From Epithemia pelagica (Eukaryota; Protista; Bacillariophyta), in assembly GCA_946965045.2 (NCBI GenBank), contig OX337235.1, positions 310,001-374,000 on the forward strand: DNA of 64,000 nt, written 5' to 3'. Shown piece after piece: positions 29,599-41,980 of the stretch. The position numbers and the translations under genes are program-made. The stretch's first letter is position 1; every line of letters begins with the position of its first letter. The notes under the pieces are model-generated. The model was given only the letters and a program-made list of their open reading frames with translations, did not search any database and was not told the origin of the DNA.

Positions 29599-31009
29599 CT
29601 GTGGGACTCCAGTTTCCCAAGACGCGGGTCCGTTATTCTCAATTAGGGCCAGTTCACCCAGTGGTACGGTACAGAAACAACGGCCACTTTGCCAACAGAG
29701 CAACGAACAAAGGGTCTGTCTCCATTGCAACCAATACTCCGTTCCAAAGCTCTTAAAGCGTGTGATTGGCACGGCTGTCTTAACGAAGGCGCAATGGGTA
29801 ATGAATCCAACCAAAAGCTTTGTAAGCTGAGAAAAACGGTTTGGTATCCAAAAATTGATCTTTTGAAAAGCAACGCGGAACTACTCCCCTATTATTATTA
29901 TTTGTTGTGACTGCTACACACAACATCAGCAATACTCTTCCATTTGGATAATTTTCGCGTGTCATGATCCCACTTCGGACCTTGCGATCAAACTTGCCAT
30001 GTATTACTACGCAAAAATGGTTGTATACCACATGTGGGATTCACCAACGCTTCCTCTCACTTTCACCGAGGAAACTCCAACGACAGTATAGCAAGAGGAG
30101 GCACGCAAGGTATCTGTTTCGTTGAATGGAAGGCTCCCCTTATTCCGCACACAAGGCTACGACCACCTTTGGAACGTCAACCAAAGAACACATTACCAAG
30201 TATTGCATGGAAGGTGAGAAAAGGTCGTGAGGACACTGGTTTTTTCATTGTGGCTTGGCCCCGTACATTGACTCTGTCGATGACAATCGGGTTCACTTAT
30301 GGATCGTTTGTTGGGTTGTTTTGTTCATTCCATACCGCGGACATGGGCCATCCATCAGGGTGTGACCAGATTAAGAATAATCAGCAGGAAACGGTCATGG
30401 CAACAAAATGGATTCTGCTATCGGCAGGAGGACGGTGCGACATTCCGATCAGGTCCTTCTGGCTGTTGTTGAAGGGTTGTTGTGGTAATAGCCTCGCACT
30501 CGTAATGGTCGTGGACCGCTCCCGGCATTGCAGTGCCTTCCTCGCCGACACCATGGCGACGAGTGTTGTTGTTGTTGATGTTGTTGGTTGTGGTAAATGA
30601 GGCCAACATAAAGGAATTCTCTGGGTCTGCCGCGGTCCTTTCTGCCAGGTCATGCTCGAGAGGGATAGAAGAGCCAGAGCACAGACACGGGAGACAACAA
30701 CGAACAGCACGTGAAACAACAAGAACAGCAACAAGTATCCCGGGATGACTGTGATTTCCATGACACGACCACCCTTTGTGCAATCCTAAAACCGTCTACC
30801 AGAGGGAAAGGAGACACTTTTGTCGATACTTGTGTATTCTAAAGAGAGAGTCGATAAGCGTGGAGTTCGGTTTCGTAATGTCTATATATAGAGTGATTTG
30901 GTTTGTTGGTTCGTTAGCTATAGCAATGGGTGCCATTTTTCGTACAGAATACAAGGGAATGCATCCATGACCCTGGACAAGTGTCCTCGCTGTTGAAAAG
31001 CTGTTTCCG

Positions 31010-34000
31010 TCAAGTGTCCGACTTGACGGTGTTGTCGTCGTCTTGGGAAGCAGATGACGTCGAGGTTGTAGAGGAGGAGGAGGATGACGATGACAGCAAC
31101 TCACTAAACAACAATCCTTCTTCCACAATACTTGCCGAACTGAGTGATTCCAACAGAGCATCTGGATCGGTTGTTGTCGCGGTTGCCTCATCCACATCAA
31201 AGACACGTTCCAAGGCATTGCCATCATCATCATCATCGTCGTCTACAATCCGTTGGGCAAGTGCCGTAACCTCGGGAGGAATCCGAGGACGTGTGCGACC
31301 TAGTTTGAGCTTTCGACTCAAGACATGATCGGCATTGTCGGTATCCTCTTGTTCCAAGTCCAGAACGGAATCCAGGCTTGGATCAGTACCGCCATGTCTT
31401 GGTTGATGGTGGTGCCCCACTCGTCTCATACGTGACGGAGCATTACTATACGGCTCATTGGTGTGTCGCTTTCGCGATCGGTGAATGGTTTTGTTGGACG
31501 AGGCGGATGGTTGAAACTTGTTGGTTTGAAAATGAACCGCCGCTCGTTTGTTGAGTTTGGACAAGCCTTCTAAATTAAAAACTTGGGCTTCCAATTCGGC
31601 CAAGGCATGATACAAGGCGGCATACTGTGGATCGAGTTCCATGCCCCGTTCATAAATTTCTCGCGCTTCTTGTATTTTGCCCGCACTCAGTAGGGCATCG
31701 CCAAAGGCTCGATACAATTCCACACTATCGGGAGCACATTCCAAGCCTCGCCGGAGCAACAAGAGTACGAGACCGGTATTGCCCGTCCGGCGTTCAATTT
31801 CGGCGGCCACCATCCATCCAGATCCATTGTGTTTGTCGCGCGTCAAGGCTTGGGTAATGAGCACTCGCGCCGCCGAACAATTGCCTTGTCGCAGTTCGAG
31901 GGAGGCCCAGGCTTGTAAAAGGGGTGTATGATTGGGTGCATGTTGGAGTCCCTTGGAAAACAGCGTCCGGGACACTTGCACATGGCCCTTGCGTCCTTCC
32001 AAAATGGCATAGGCCAGCCACAAGGCGCCGTGTTTGGGATTGGATCGAAGTCCACATTGAAAGAGGGTTTGGGCCTCTTCCCATTGTCCGGCTCGCATTT
32101 CCATGACCCCCCAGGCTTGCCAGGCCTGGGCATGGCGAGGATTAATCGTCACGGCGCGTTCAAAGAGAGGCCGTGCCCGGTCTTCTTGGCCCAGTTGGAC
32201 TTCACTGAGGGCCGCGCCCAACCACAAGAGCGACGAGGCATTGCCGTGTCGTTCAATGCCATCGGCAAAGACTCGTCGGGCCTCCATGGGATTGTTGCTA
32301 TTGAGTTCGAGCATTCCCAAGGTATGCGTCAAGAATCGTGTTCGATCCCGATGCGGCGAATCCATGCCCAAATGTTGCCACCTGGCTTGTTCCAATCCCT
32401 GTTGCAACAATTGTCGTCCTCGACTGACATTTCCCATGGACAATTCCAATTTGGCATATCCATGATAGACCGAAGCGGCATCGGAACAATTGGCCTGTAC
32501 GCCCCGATCAAAAATCCTCCGTGCCTCGTCCACGTTGCCTCGTTTGAGGAGGGCATTGCCATAGGAGTTGTAGGCCGGACCATGTCGTGGATCTAACAAC
32601 AAGGCTTCTTCAAACAATCCTTGTGCTTGTGAGAAATTGGCAACGCGTTTGTTGTTTCCCAACGACGACGACGACCTGTTTCGACTATGAGGAGACGATT
32701 CGGCTTGTTGTTGTTGTTGTTGTTGTGGATGTTTCAATTCGAGGAGTGCATAGGCGACCAGTGTGGGCGCCGACGGTTGAATGCACAAACTGGTTCCATA
32801 ACAGGACCGAGCGCCGGTGAGATTGCCCAAACATTCTTCGACTTTGCCTGCCGCTTGCCACAAGGAAAAGTCTCGCGGATGATGTCGCAAGCCTTCTTGC
32901 AGAATTCGACGGGCCTTGTGATATTTGCGGTTCCGGACTTGCAAATTGGCCCAGGCATTGTAGACACGACCATCGTTGGAATTGGCCTTTTTGTTGTTGT
33001 TGTTGTAGTGGATGGAGGATCTCTTGTTGTTTAGGCGAAAGGATTGTTTGGTTGGGTTCTTGTTCCTGTTCTGGTCATTCCAGGAGGAAGAATGGGAATT
33101 GTTGCTAGTATTCTCCAATGGCAAAAACGACGAGGTTGTTTGCGGTTGGATATCGTTTGGTGTGGTGTCTGCGTTGGTCGTTCCGGTACCCTCGGGCCAG
33201 GCCGCTGTCGACGACGTCCTTGTGGTTGCGTTCTTGCTGCTGGCAGTCCTTGTTCTGGACCGACGAGGTGATGGCACGGATTGTTTGGTCAAGCGTTGCA
33301 GTGTGACTTCTTGGACCTGTCGTGGATTACTGGTGGTTTCTGTTGTCGTCGTCGTCGTCATCATCATCATGTGATGTCGTCCTTCCAATCGGGCCAAGGC
33401 GAGTTGCGCCCACGTATTGGTGGGATCAATTTCGTCGAGACAATACTGCAACAAGTTGCGGGCCGTCGTGACATTGCGATTCAAGTATCGTTCTTCCAAC
33501 CAGGCCCAGGCCAAGTACACTTCGACTTGTTCGCGTCGCGACGCGAGTTTGGACACGTGCGTTTGATACAAGTGTTGCGCTTCTTGGTGTCGGTCTTGAG
33601 CAATCCACAATTCGCCCAAGGAACAGACCAAGGCGGCCGTACTGGATTTTTCCAAGGCCCGTTGCCACAAGGTTTCGGCCGCCTCCAAATGGCCTTGTCG
33701 TTTTTCGTACAATCCGTAGGCATGACAGACATGGGTATTGTAGGGATCCATTTGCAAGGCCCGATTGTACAATTGACGAGCCTTGTCGTCGTTGTGGTTG
33801 TCATTGTCGTCCTGGCCCGTACGACCTTGTCGGGTCGTCGTTCGGTGGACTTCTTCATGGACGGCCCAGGCTTGCCACAAGTGAATGGACTGGGGACACG
33901 CGCGGGTGCCCCGTTCAAAGGCTTGAGTGGCTTCCGACCAGTGATTGCGACGCGCTTGCAATTTGGCCAAGGCCAAGTAGGAATGAGAATCGGTCGGATC

Positions 34001-34612
34001 CAGTTCCAAAATTTGGTCCAACAATTCAATGGCCTTGCGCCATTGGCCTTGGCGTTCCAATCGTTTCGCCTTTTGAAACATGCGGCGAATCGGACCGCGA
34101 GTGTCGGAACCAGCGTGTCGTCGCTGTGGTGGTTGTGGTTGATTCAACTTTGCGGAACCTTGTTGTTGTTGTGGTGGTGGTGGTGGTTGTGTGAGTGCTT
34201 CGTTGGTGGATGATGATGATATGGATGGTGGCGACTTTGGATTGTTGTTGTTGTTGTCATTGTCCTCGGGATGCATGGCTGGTTCCGTGACTGAGGAAAG
34301 CGATGAGGAGGACGACGACACGCAGAGTTGGGTGGTCCTTGTCCTTGCATGACGACGACCAAACGTTGCTTCGAGTCCCAGCAAGGAGGACGACCCTTGG
34401 ATGGTGGGATACGGATGCCCGACTAGTATTTTGGGTGGGTCCCCTTGGACCAGTCTCGTCGTCCTCCAAGCAGTAGATGATATTGTTGTTCTTCTCCATG
34501 TTATTCTTCTTGTTCTAGTTGGTACTGTTAGGAGGAGGGCCATTGTCGGATGGCAACAATACGTCATGGAACCCAACCACAACCACAACACTAGGACGAA
34601 CCGAATCACCAT
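31010..34612 (-). CDS. HAT/TPR-repeat helical protein resembling organellar mRNA maturation factors (Mbb1/HCF107 type), with probable N-terminal signal peptide
   Basis: Many repeats such as LWQAWAVHE, RVYNAWANLQ, AWQAWGVME, LLQAWASLE. Hydrophobic MVIRFVLVLWLWLG at ATG 34612; the frame is open to 34864. Confidence 0.75.
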   Translation of the reverse strand: MVIRFVLVLWLWLGSMTYCCHPTMALLLTVPTRTRRITWRRTTISSTAWRTTRLVQGDPPKILVGHPYPTIQGSSSLLGLEATFGRRHARTRTTQLCVSSSSSSLSSVTEPAMHPEDNDNNNNNPKSPPSISSSSTNEALTQPPPPPQQQQGSAKLNQPQPPQRRHAGSDTRGPIRRMFQKAKRLERQGQWRKAIELLDQILELDPTDSHSYLALAKLQARRNHWSEATQAFERGTRACPQSIHLWQAWAVHEEVHRTTTRQGRTGQDDNDNHNDDKARQLYNRALQMDPYNTHVCHAYGLYEKRQGHLEAAETLWQRALEKSSTAALVCSLGELWIAQDRHQEAQHLYQTHVSKLASRREQVEVYLAWAWLEERYLNRNVTTARNLLQYCLDEIDPTNTWAQLALARLEGRHHMMMMTTTTTTETTSNPRQVQEVTLQRLTKQSVPSPRRSRTRTASSKNATTRTSSTAAWPEGTGTTNADTTPNDIQPQTTSSFLPLENTSNNSHSSSWNDQNRNKNPTKQSFRLNNKRSSIHYNNNNKKANSNDGRVYNAWANLQVRNRKYHKARRILQEGLRHHPRDFSLWQAAGKVEECLGNLTGARSCYGTSLCIQPSAPTLVAYALLELKHPQQQQQQQAESSPHSRNRSSSSLGNNKRVANFSQAQGLFEEALLLDPRHGPAYNSYGNALLKRGNVDEARRIFDRGVQANCSDAASVYHGYAKLELSMGNVSRGRQLLQQGLEQARWQHLGMDSPHRDRTRFLTHTLGMLELNSNNPMEARRVFADGIERHGNASSLLWLGAALSEVQLGQEDRARPLFERAVTINPRHAQAWQAWGVMEMRAGQWEEAQTLFQCGLRSNPKHGALWLAYAILEGRKGHVQVSRTLFSKGLQHAPNHTPLLQAWASLELRQGNCSAARVLITQALTRDKHNGSGWMVAAEIERRTGNTGLVLLLLRRGLECAPDSVELYRAFGDALLSAGKIQEAREIYERGMELDPQYAALYHALAELEAQVFNLEGLSKLNKRAAVHFQTNKFQPSASSNKTIHRSRKRHTNEPYSNAPSRMRRVGHHHQPRHGGTDPSLDSVLDLEQEDTDNADHVLSRKLKLGRTRPRIPPEVTALAQRIVDDDDDDDGNALERVFDVDEATATTTDPDALLESLSSASIVEEGLLFSELLSSSSSSSSTTSTSSASQDDDNTVKSDT

Positions 34613-35435
34613 GGAACGCCAGGACTGTATTTTCGACGCTATCCGTCGTCTTGAGACTTGTGGTGGTGCTGATGGACGTGGTCTCCGTCGTTGACTCGGA
34701 AACAATGGTCCACCGCCACCACCACCACCACCAACAACAAGACAATTCGGACCAGAATCGGCCACCGAATTCTTCTTCTTCATGGCAGCAGAGGAGTCAC
34801 AAGAAGGACCACCAACAAGAACTATATAGTATGTCGTCCCCTTGTTTCGTTTCTCCACAAACACACGCAGAGACGCTGCCGTTGCTGTATCTATCTATAG
34901 TTCGAGTGGTTGGTGGCTGTTGTTGTTGTGTTGGTTTCTGTTTTGGTCGTCGTCGTTGTCGTTGTGGTTGCGAGACACACAAAGAGAAAAAGACAGACAC
35001 ACCCATAAGAGGATGATGTTTCGTGGGTGGTCCATGCTGTGGTGTGTGGTGTCGTGTGTGTCATGTATCTTATTACGCCCTAGCGGTTAGACACATAGAC
35101 AATTTGTAAAACATTATTTCACAAACGCTTCTATATGTAAGATAGTGCATGCACCCTCCATTCCAACGTACGTCAGTGAAAACTTCCTTGGTTCGCGACT
35201 CGAACGCGTCTAGATCGAGTCCCACCAACGAGTCGGCTCGGCCACATGCGCGCGCATGGCGAGACGACCCCTTTGCCCCATGGCAAGAGTCGCCACACGA
35301 CAGCAACTCTTGTGGTGGTGGTGGTGGTGGTTGTTTTCTTGTATCCGTTGCCCCATCCAAAGGACCACACAGAGGAACCGGATTGGCGCTCACTCTCTCT
35401 CTCATATTATGTCGTTGTCGTAGTGGTATTCGAGA

Positions 35436-37136
35436 GTGGTGGTTCGATTCCTGGCTGTCCCTTGGCCCACACACCAAACCAACACCAGTGAGAATGGAGG
35501 ATATACCTCGTGTTCCTCCCATTACACGACGAAAACGAAGAATCATGACTGTGTTCCTCTCCGGTACTCCGTCATGCTCTACCACAACTCTTGGCTGCTG
35601 CTGCAAGGGCAAACGACTCTTGAAGCGACGACATTGGTAAGTGTCCTTACTATATATGGATGGAAGGAATGCCAAACTCGAATCGTTGTGGTGGTGTACT
35701 ATCTATTACTGTCATATCGTCATGTGTCTCACACTATATGCGATTGGGACTCTTGGAACCATTGTCACAGGTTCCGACTTCAAGGCATTTTGTTTTGGAG
35801 TGCCGTGGCATTTCTGTATTACATTGAACTCACCGTCATGGATCCCCAGCAGCAATACCACTCGTCGTCGTATTTGCGTCCCCCCACGAGCCGTGCCTCC
35901 CGACACTTGGCGGCAGTGGCGGCGGTGACGGAAACGACGAACCTCCCCACAACAGCTGCGACCCACCATTATTCTTGGGACAACCACCCTGTGGTCCCTC
36001 CAAACACACAGATTTTAGGTTTGCCGAATGATTCCCAAAATCAAACGACGACGACGACGACGACGACCGTAAAGCCAAAGCCCATTTTGTGGGTTCCGTT
36101 TTACCCCTGGGAAGATGACGGGTGGAAAGTTCTACAACAAGAACAAGAGCAACAACAACAACAACGAAATGATTTCGACAAGAAGCTTCCAACATGTCAT
36201 GGTTTGGATCCTTCCTCTTTTTCTACCACAACAAGAACGATTCGACACAACCACAGCGACCATGACACCTTGGCGGTGGCGGTCCTGTCCGAGCCCCACC
36301 AACCCTATTATCCCTATTGTCCACGGCAGTTTCGCAATGTGGCCGTGATGCGTCATCCCCTGGACCGTGTGGTATCCCATCTCCAAGCACAACAATGGAC
36401 CGAGCAGCAGGTCCGGCACCAACTCGTAGTAGTACGGATGGACCCACAACGACACATACTCCGAAACAACAACCAGAACAACGAGAACCAACCGGAACCA
36501 GCACCTCGTCCTGCTCTTGTCCCCCACAGGAACAACGCCATGGAAACAAACAGTGGACCCTCCGACCACAACAACAACAGGCCCGACGATTCCTCCCTGT
36601 ATTATTCGTGGATCAACAATAGGGTCATTCGGCAGTTATTGGGACCAAATCGGTTTCTCGACCCTACTCCCATTAACGAAGTGGACCTGGTCCGGGCCCA
36701 ACAAATTGTGGACCAGTTTCCCGTCTTTGTGCCACTCGAACAACTCCAACACCCCCACGTCGTGGCCTTGCTCCAACGGGAAATTCCAGAGTACCATAAT
36801 GCCGAGACACTCCCCCTCCACGCGTGGCTGGAAAAAACAGCAGCAGCTGCGGCACACCTGGATGATCACGCCATGGGAATGATATCCTCCTCCTCTTCTT
36901 CGTGGTCGTCGCATGCAAAGCAATCCTCCTACTCCTACAACAACCCAAGCGCCGAACTCTTGCAACTCTTGTACGAGGAAAACAAGTACGATCTTCTCTT
37001 GTATCAATACCTTTACGATAAATTAGGGTTGGGTCCCTGGACAGACAACAACAACAACAACAACAAGTGGAGTCCATCCAGGCCCCGAGCACAAGCAGCA
37101 GCAGCAGCAGCAACAACAACACAAAGAACCGAATGA
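35436..37136 (+). CDS. Sulfotransferase-like protein (3'-PB motif present); start uncertain
   Basis: VAVMRHPLDRVVSH, WINNRVIRQLLG and ENKYDLLLYQY resemble Golgi sulfotransferase motifs. Hydrophobic stretch FWSAVAFLYYIELTV upstream. Confidence 0.55.
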   Translation: MVVRFLAVPWPTHQTNTSENGGYTSCSSHYTTKTKNHDCVPLRYSVMLYHNSWLLLQGQTTLEATTLVSVLTIYGWKECQTRIVVVVYYLLLSYRHVSHTICDWDSWNHCHRFRLQGILFWSAVAFLYYIELTVMDPQQQYHSSSYLRPPTSRASRHLAAVAAVTETTNLPTTAATHHYSWDNHPVVPPNTQILGLPNDSQNQTTTTTTTTVKPKPILWVPFYPWEDDGWKVLQQEQEQQQQQRNDFDKKLPTCHGLDPSSFSTTTRTIRHNHSDHDTLAVAVLSEPHQPYYPYCPRQFRNVAVMRHPLDRVVSHLQAQQWTEQQVRHQLVVVRMDPQRHILRNNNQNNENQPEPAPRPALVPHRNNAMETNSGPSDHNNNRPDDSSLYYSWINNRVIRQLLGPNRFLDPTPINEVDLVRAQQIVDQFPVFVPLEQLQHPHVVALLQREIPEYHNAETLPLHAWLEKTAAAAAHLDDHAMGMISSSSSSWSSHAKQSSYSYNNPSAELLQLLYEENKYDLLLYQYLYDKLGLGPWTDNNNNNNKWSPSRPRAQAAAAAATTTQRTE

Positions 37137-37238
37137 GCCGCCACTCTGCAATTTGGTAGACCACAGCCAATACACCATTCGGCATCTTGGAACTGTGTAG
37201 GATACAGTTCGATTGGCCTCTATTTTTCTTCTTTGTTA

Positions 37239-38809
37239 TTAGGATTGCACAAAAGGTGGTCGTGTCGTGGAATCCACCGTCAGCCAGGGATAGGAGTGTT
37301 GTTTCACGTGTTGAGCGTCCAATGCGGGCTTGGTCCAGGTGGATTCCATCGTGTCCACATTCCAATAATACACCTGGCCCTTGAGCGTCATGTGTCGCAC
37401 CCAAGGTGGAGGCACCACATCGTCTTGCTCAATGGTAGTCGTAGTAGCAGTCGTCGAACTGGAAGTCGTTGCAGTGGAGGGTGGTGGGGCGTGCGACGCT
37501 TGTTCCAAATGAGGAGGTTTTTCATCTAGTGCGGTTTTCTTTTTCTTCTTTTTCATGTTGGTAAAGTCGGGCAAATTGGTCCAAACCAAACGTCCTTGTC
37601 GGTAGTCGTCATCGGGCCAATCCAAGACAATGTTTTGATATTGTTCATCAATATACCAGGCCAAGCGATTTAATTGATCCGATGATTTGCTCGCGACCAA
37701 ACGATCCAAGTACTCCAAGGATTGTTCGTACTTAGTGTTGTTGTCGCCATCGTTGGTTGCGGCTTCTTGTTGTTGTTGTTGTGGAATCTCGTGTGGATCG
37801 ACAAGAATGTGTCGGGCAATCAATCGTTTCAATTCCTGCATTCGATTCTGGGGATAGTCCAAAAATTCGGTATAGACATGATCGTAATGGGTCAAATGGA
37901 GCCAGGTATATTGTTGGACTTGCAAGACATTTTTGTTGACTGCCCATTCATTGACGCCTTGATGCCGGACACGACTCGTCGTGTCTTCCCACAGAATGGA
38001 AAACAATTCTTCTTGCACCAACAAGGCCCACGTGGGATTGTACGTGTCGGAAATTAAGCGTTTGTGAATCATCCAAATGTGCAAACACAACAGAGCATGA
38101 CGATTGCGAAAATTGCGAGGAATGTCGCCGGGACCGTACCACAATCTAGTGTCGAATCATGTAAATATAAAGATGTAGAATGGGAGATTGAGCGAATTGT
38201 GCACGTCAACAGAAATGTTTCAGAGACATGGAGAAAAAAACGAAAGAGAAAGAGAGAGAGAAAACGATTGAGTATCCAGGTGAGACAACGAATGAATATA
38301 CTGTGCTTGGTGTGTTGTTGAGCCATGCCAGAGTATCATGCACCACACAATCACCCATCCAACAAACGCAACGCAATGCCAAGCAATGCAACGTACGGAT
38401 TGGAAGCTTGATAACTGGCGGCCAAAAAGAGTTGTTCGGCCAATCGTTTGCGATTGTGAATTTCATAAAAGGAAATGCGGTTGTCGTAAAAGGATTTCCA
38501 CCAGGATTGTTCCAGACGAGGCAAGGATTCGGGTGCCGTTCGAATGGGCAAACTGGTGGGCACCGTGCTCTTGCTGCTGGGGGTACTGGCGCTTGTGCTG
38601 GTGGTGGACGATGACAAGGCTCGTCGGGGAAGCGTTTGTTGGTGATAAAAATTTCCAGGAGATTGGTTCCCCACCAATAATGATGTCAACACCAGAGGAT
38701 TCGGATGGAACGAAACATCTCGGACGGTTCGAAATGAGGAGGAGAATGGTGCGTGTCGTTGTGGACCAAGCTTGGCCGACAATAGAATCCTCGTCCTGGT
38801 CGAAAACAT
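37239..38809 (-). CDS. CBP3: Ubiquinol-cytochrome c reductase chaperone CBP3/UQCC1-like with C-terminal WW domain; exons 38809-38397 and 38145-37239
   Basis: GTACGT..CTAG intron gives ASNP-LWYGP. FRNRHALLCLHIWMIHKRL and ELFSILWEDTTSRVR. R/S-rich N-terminus resembling a mitochondrial presequence. PPPW..YYWNVDTMESTWTKP. Confidence 0.8.
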
Positions 38810-39677
38810 GATTCTGAAGTAAAGGGAGTGTGCCGAGAATCACTTGGTACAATGCCGCACTCTCTCTGCGTGTTTGATGAGAGAGAGAGATGGAGACTCT
38901 GTCCAAGAGGATATTGTGGAGAGAATGGTGCGGATCGATTCTATTATGGTCGTCGCGATGAGATCTTCCGCCGTGGTGTGAGTGTGTGATGTGTTGGCAT
39001 CCTTCGCCCGTTCGTCCGTCGTTTTAGAGGGACATAGCAGGGGTAGCTATGTTTCCGAAGCATGTCTTTGGCTCCCTCCCTCTCTCTCTCTACCTTTTGA
39101 AGTATAGAGGAAGAGTATCTCTCTCTATCACCCTCTCTTCCTTTGGAGATCATGTCCGTGATTCTTTGTGTGTGTGTCGTCCATCGGAGGAGAGAGGTCT
39201 AATACCACTCGAATAGAGTATTCTACCTCTAGTAGAGAATGTCCACCAGTATGTCCATCCCCTGGGAGCAAAGTACTAATGGTTGGAACGCAGCACAACA
39301 ACAACAACAACAAGAGTTGCCGACCGCGTTCGAACCAACGCACCCTCAGTTGTTGTGTTACGTCAACCACAACGATGCACCAAACGAAACCACCAACGAA
39401 TCCCAATCCAACTATGTATACCAAGAACTAAAAATACTATAGGTGTGTCTCTACCATAGATAGAGAAATTATATGGATGGAGAGTCTCGTCCCAAAACGA
39501 CACGAGTTGTGTGTGTCCATGAACTAGTACTCAAATAGAAACGGAGTAATAGGTAGAGCGGCGAACGGGGTCCTTTCTCCAGAAAATAGATAAGGTGTGC
39601 AGAGTGTGCCGTTGTGATGGTGGTGGTGCTGGTTTGCTCGATCCCAAATAATCCACCACATACAGAACAATCACTTA

Positions 39678-40733
39678 TTACATGACCAAGGCTGCCACAC
39701 CCAATACCACAGTGGAAAGGAGGGCGGTATTCGTACTACGACTCATTAGATGGCCCGGTGCCGACGATTGGGTTTGAATATTGGCAAATCGATCGGGATC
39801 GTTGGTCGTGTCGCCGCCGCCACCGTCTGCGGCGGGGGTGGGATCGGGTGTGACCGGGCCGACATATTCCACCGCGACGGAACAGGACAAGGGCAATTGA
39901 CCATTATTGCCAATATCCTCTTGTTGTCGTGCTTGTTCGGCCAAGGCGGCTTGAGCAACAATGAGTGCCAAGTTGGCTTGCAACCCGGCCAAGGCACCGA
40001 CCGTAGCAGAATCACACACGGACGGATCCAAACACACTCCAAAATCATCCAATTGAAAGGTAAAACTATCCCCCAACAAGGCCGGAAGGGGCGAATTGGG
40101 ACCCAACAAGGTGGCGAGAAGAGGACCAAGGTCTCCCAGTCCCAGCGGATTGTCCTCCGTATTAGTAGTAGGGGTAACTTGCGGCGTAGTCGTCGTATCG
40201 GTATTCAAGAGTGTCCCCAAAAGGGCTGTATCCTCAGTTTCGTCGGTAATGGTACAATCCACACCGACATTGTAATTAAAGACTTGATAGCCCAATTCTT
40301 GACATTGAGTTTCAAATTGACTGCCATCTGGAACAATCAAGTCCCCCAAGGGCAAGATTTGGTCACCGTCCGTGCCGTCACCACCACCAGCCAAAATGTC
40401 GGTCATGAACGTGACAATGCCATCGGTCATTTCATTTTGCACCGATTGTTGCAATCCAACAAATTGACTATTCATGTTTTCCAACGAGGCATCGCAGGCT
40501 TGACCAAAGGATTGCAAATACCGACGAGCCACATCGGGAAACGGCATGTTTGCCAAATTGACAGCCTGGTCTTGCTTCATGGCCTGTTGCAACTGAACCA
40601 ATTGACGTCGTTGTCGTTCCTTGGCTTGGTGATAGGTTTCCGTAGTAGTAGTAGTTTGGCGGCGAATCGTATTCGTCCCCAGGACACTGCCAATGGGCAG
40701 CAACCACACTAAAAGAAACTGTACCACCTTCAT
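39678..40733 (-). CDS. Secreted, probably GPI-anchored surface protein of unknown function
   Basis: Signal peptide MKVVQFLLVWLLPIGSVLG; four spaced Cys; C-terminal small residues followed by the hydrophobic tail ALLSTVVLGVAALVM. Confidence 0.7.
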   Translation of the reverse strand: MKVVQFLLVWLLPIGSVLGTNTIRRQTTTTTETYHQAKERQRRQLVQLQQAMKQDQAVNLANMPFPDVARRYLQSFGQACDASLENMNSQFVGLQQSVQNEMTDGIVTFMTDILAGGGDGTDGDQILPLGDLIVPDGSQFETQCQELGYQVFNYNVGVDCTITDETEDTALLGTLLNTDTTTTPQVTPTTNTEDNPLGLGDLGPLLATLLGPNSPLPALLGDSFTFQLDDFGVCLDPSVCDSATVGALAGLQANLALIVAQAALAEQARQQEDIGNNGQLPLSCSVAVEYVGPVTPDPTPAADGGGGDTTNDPDRFANIQTQSSAPGHLMSRSTNTALLSTVVLGVAALVM

Positions 40734-41980
40734 GCTATCAATCTCGTATATTATGTTGTGGTTTCCAACAAGATCCAACGAAAAAGCTCCTGTTGCTGCT
40801 TTGGATTCACAAGAGTGTATTCTTGTGATTCGGTGGAAGGACGAGAGACTGTTGGCTTCACCGGAATGCTACCTGACTCTCTGTAGGCAATCGTGCAATC
40901 GTTGCTTCCACAAGGTTTGGTGCGCGATAGATCGAGCTATATAGAGATGGTGGGTATTGTATCCTTTGCCACTCCAGGAAAGCGAGAGAACCTTGCTTGG
41001 TTGTCGATCTTGTGCACGCCGGTATCGCCTTTCCTAAGTACGAATCGTCAGTTGGCGATGTCCCCCAGAATCATGCGTTCCTTAAACGTTCTTGAGGATA
41101 AAAGAAATTTATCTAAATAAATACTCTTGCATTCCATGTCGCAGAGCCGTTCAACCGAAGATTACTTAAAACATCCAAAACGGATCGCAAGAGCAAGCCA
41201 AATTTTCCCTTTCTCCGCCGCTCACTTTTTGGGAACAGGTTTCTGGTGCTCTCTCCATGGTACAAGAGAAAAACCAATACCCGTTTACGAGAGTTGATGG
41301 CGCTTTCGAGGTTCTTGTGGAACGTTTCCTCGAACAGCAGGAGGATCGCAGACAAACGAGCTGTACTACGAGAACCGAATGGACCGGTGGACACCAAAAA
41401 CCCATCGTGTGAACCTTTCCATGCCGAATCGAAATTCGTCGGGTATCAAATCTCATCCGAACAATAACAACACAAATTTTCGACAAGGGCTCTCGTCACC
41501 ATTTTCAGTACGCTGCGGTAGACACATTAGAGTGTATCATAGATAGATCGAACTACCGTGCCAGATACGGACCTTGTTTGGAAGGCCTGGTTGCTTCAAA
41601 CAACCCCAGCATATGGCACCACCAAGCTGTAGCGTGTCGATCGACAGGGACGGCGTGTGCGTACTGCGTACCAAAGAGACGTTGCCTCTTATGTGGATTG
41701 TCACAGTGCTTCATAGGCGAAACCAATCGAAGCATCTTGATGCATCCAGGTCAGGGAAGCAGGGAGAATTCTATCCTCATACATCTGCGGTCTTTCCTGG
41801 AGGCCCTACCCAACTGGTTGTCTCTTTTTGCTTTTTCATCCATACTAATAGAGTACAGATTCCTGTTGGATCGAGTGGATCGGTTCGGTTCGGTCACCAT
41901 GACTCTCCAGTTTGTTACGGATACGAGGAGGAAGAAGGAACCATCTCCCAGCAATCATATGTACTTGTGAAGGGATTCTC

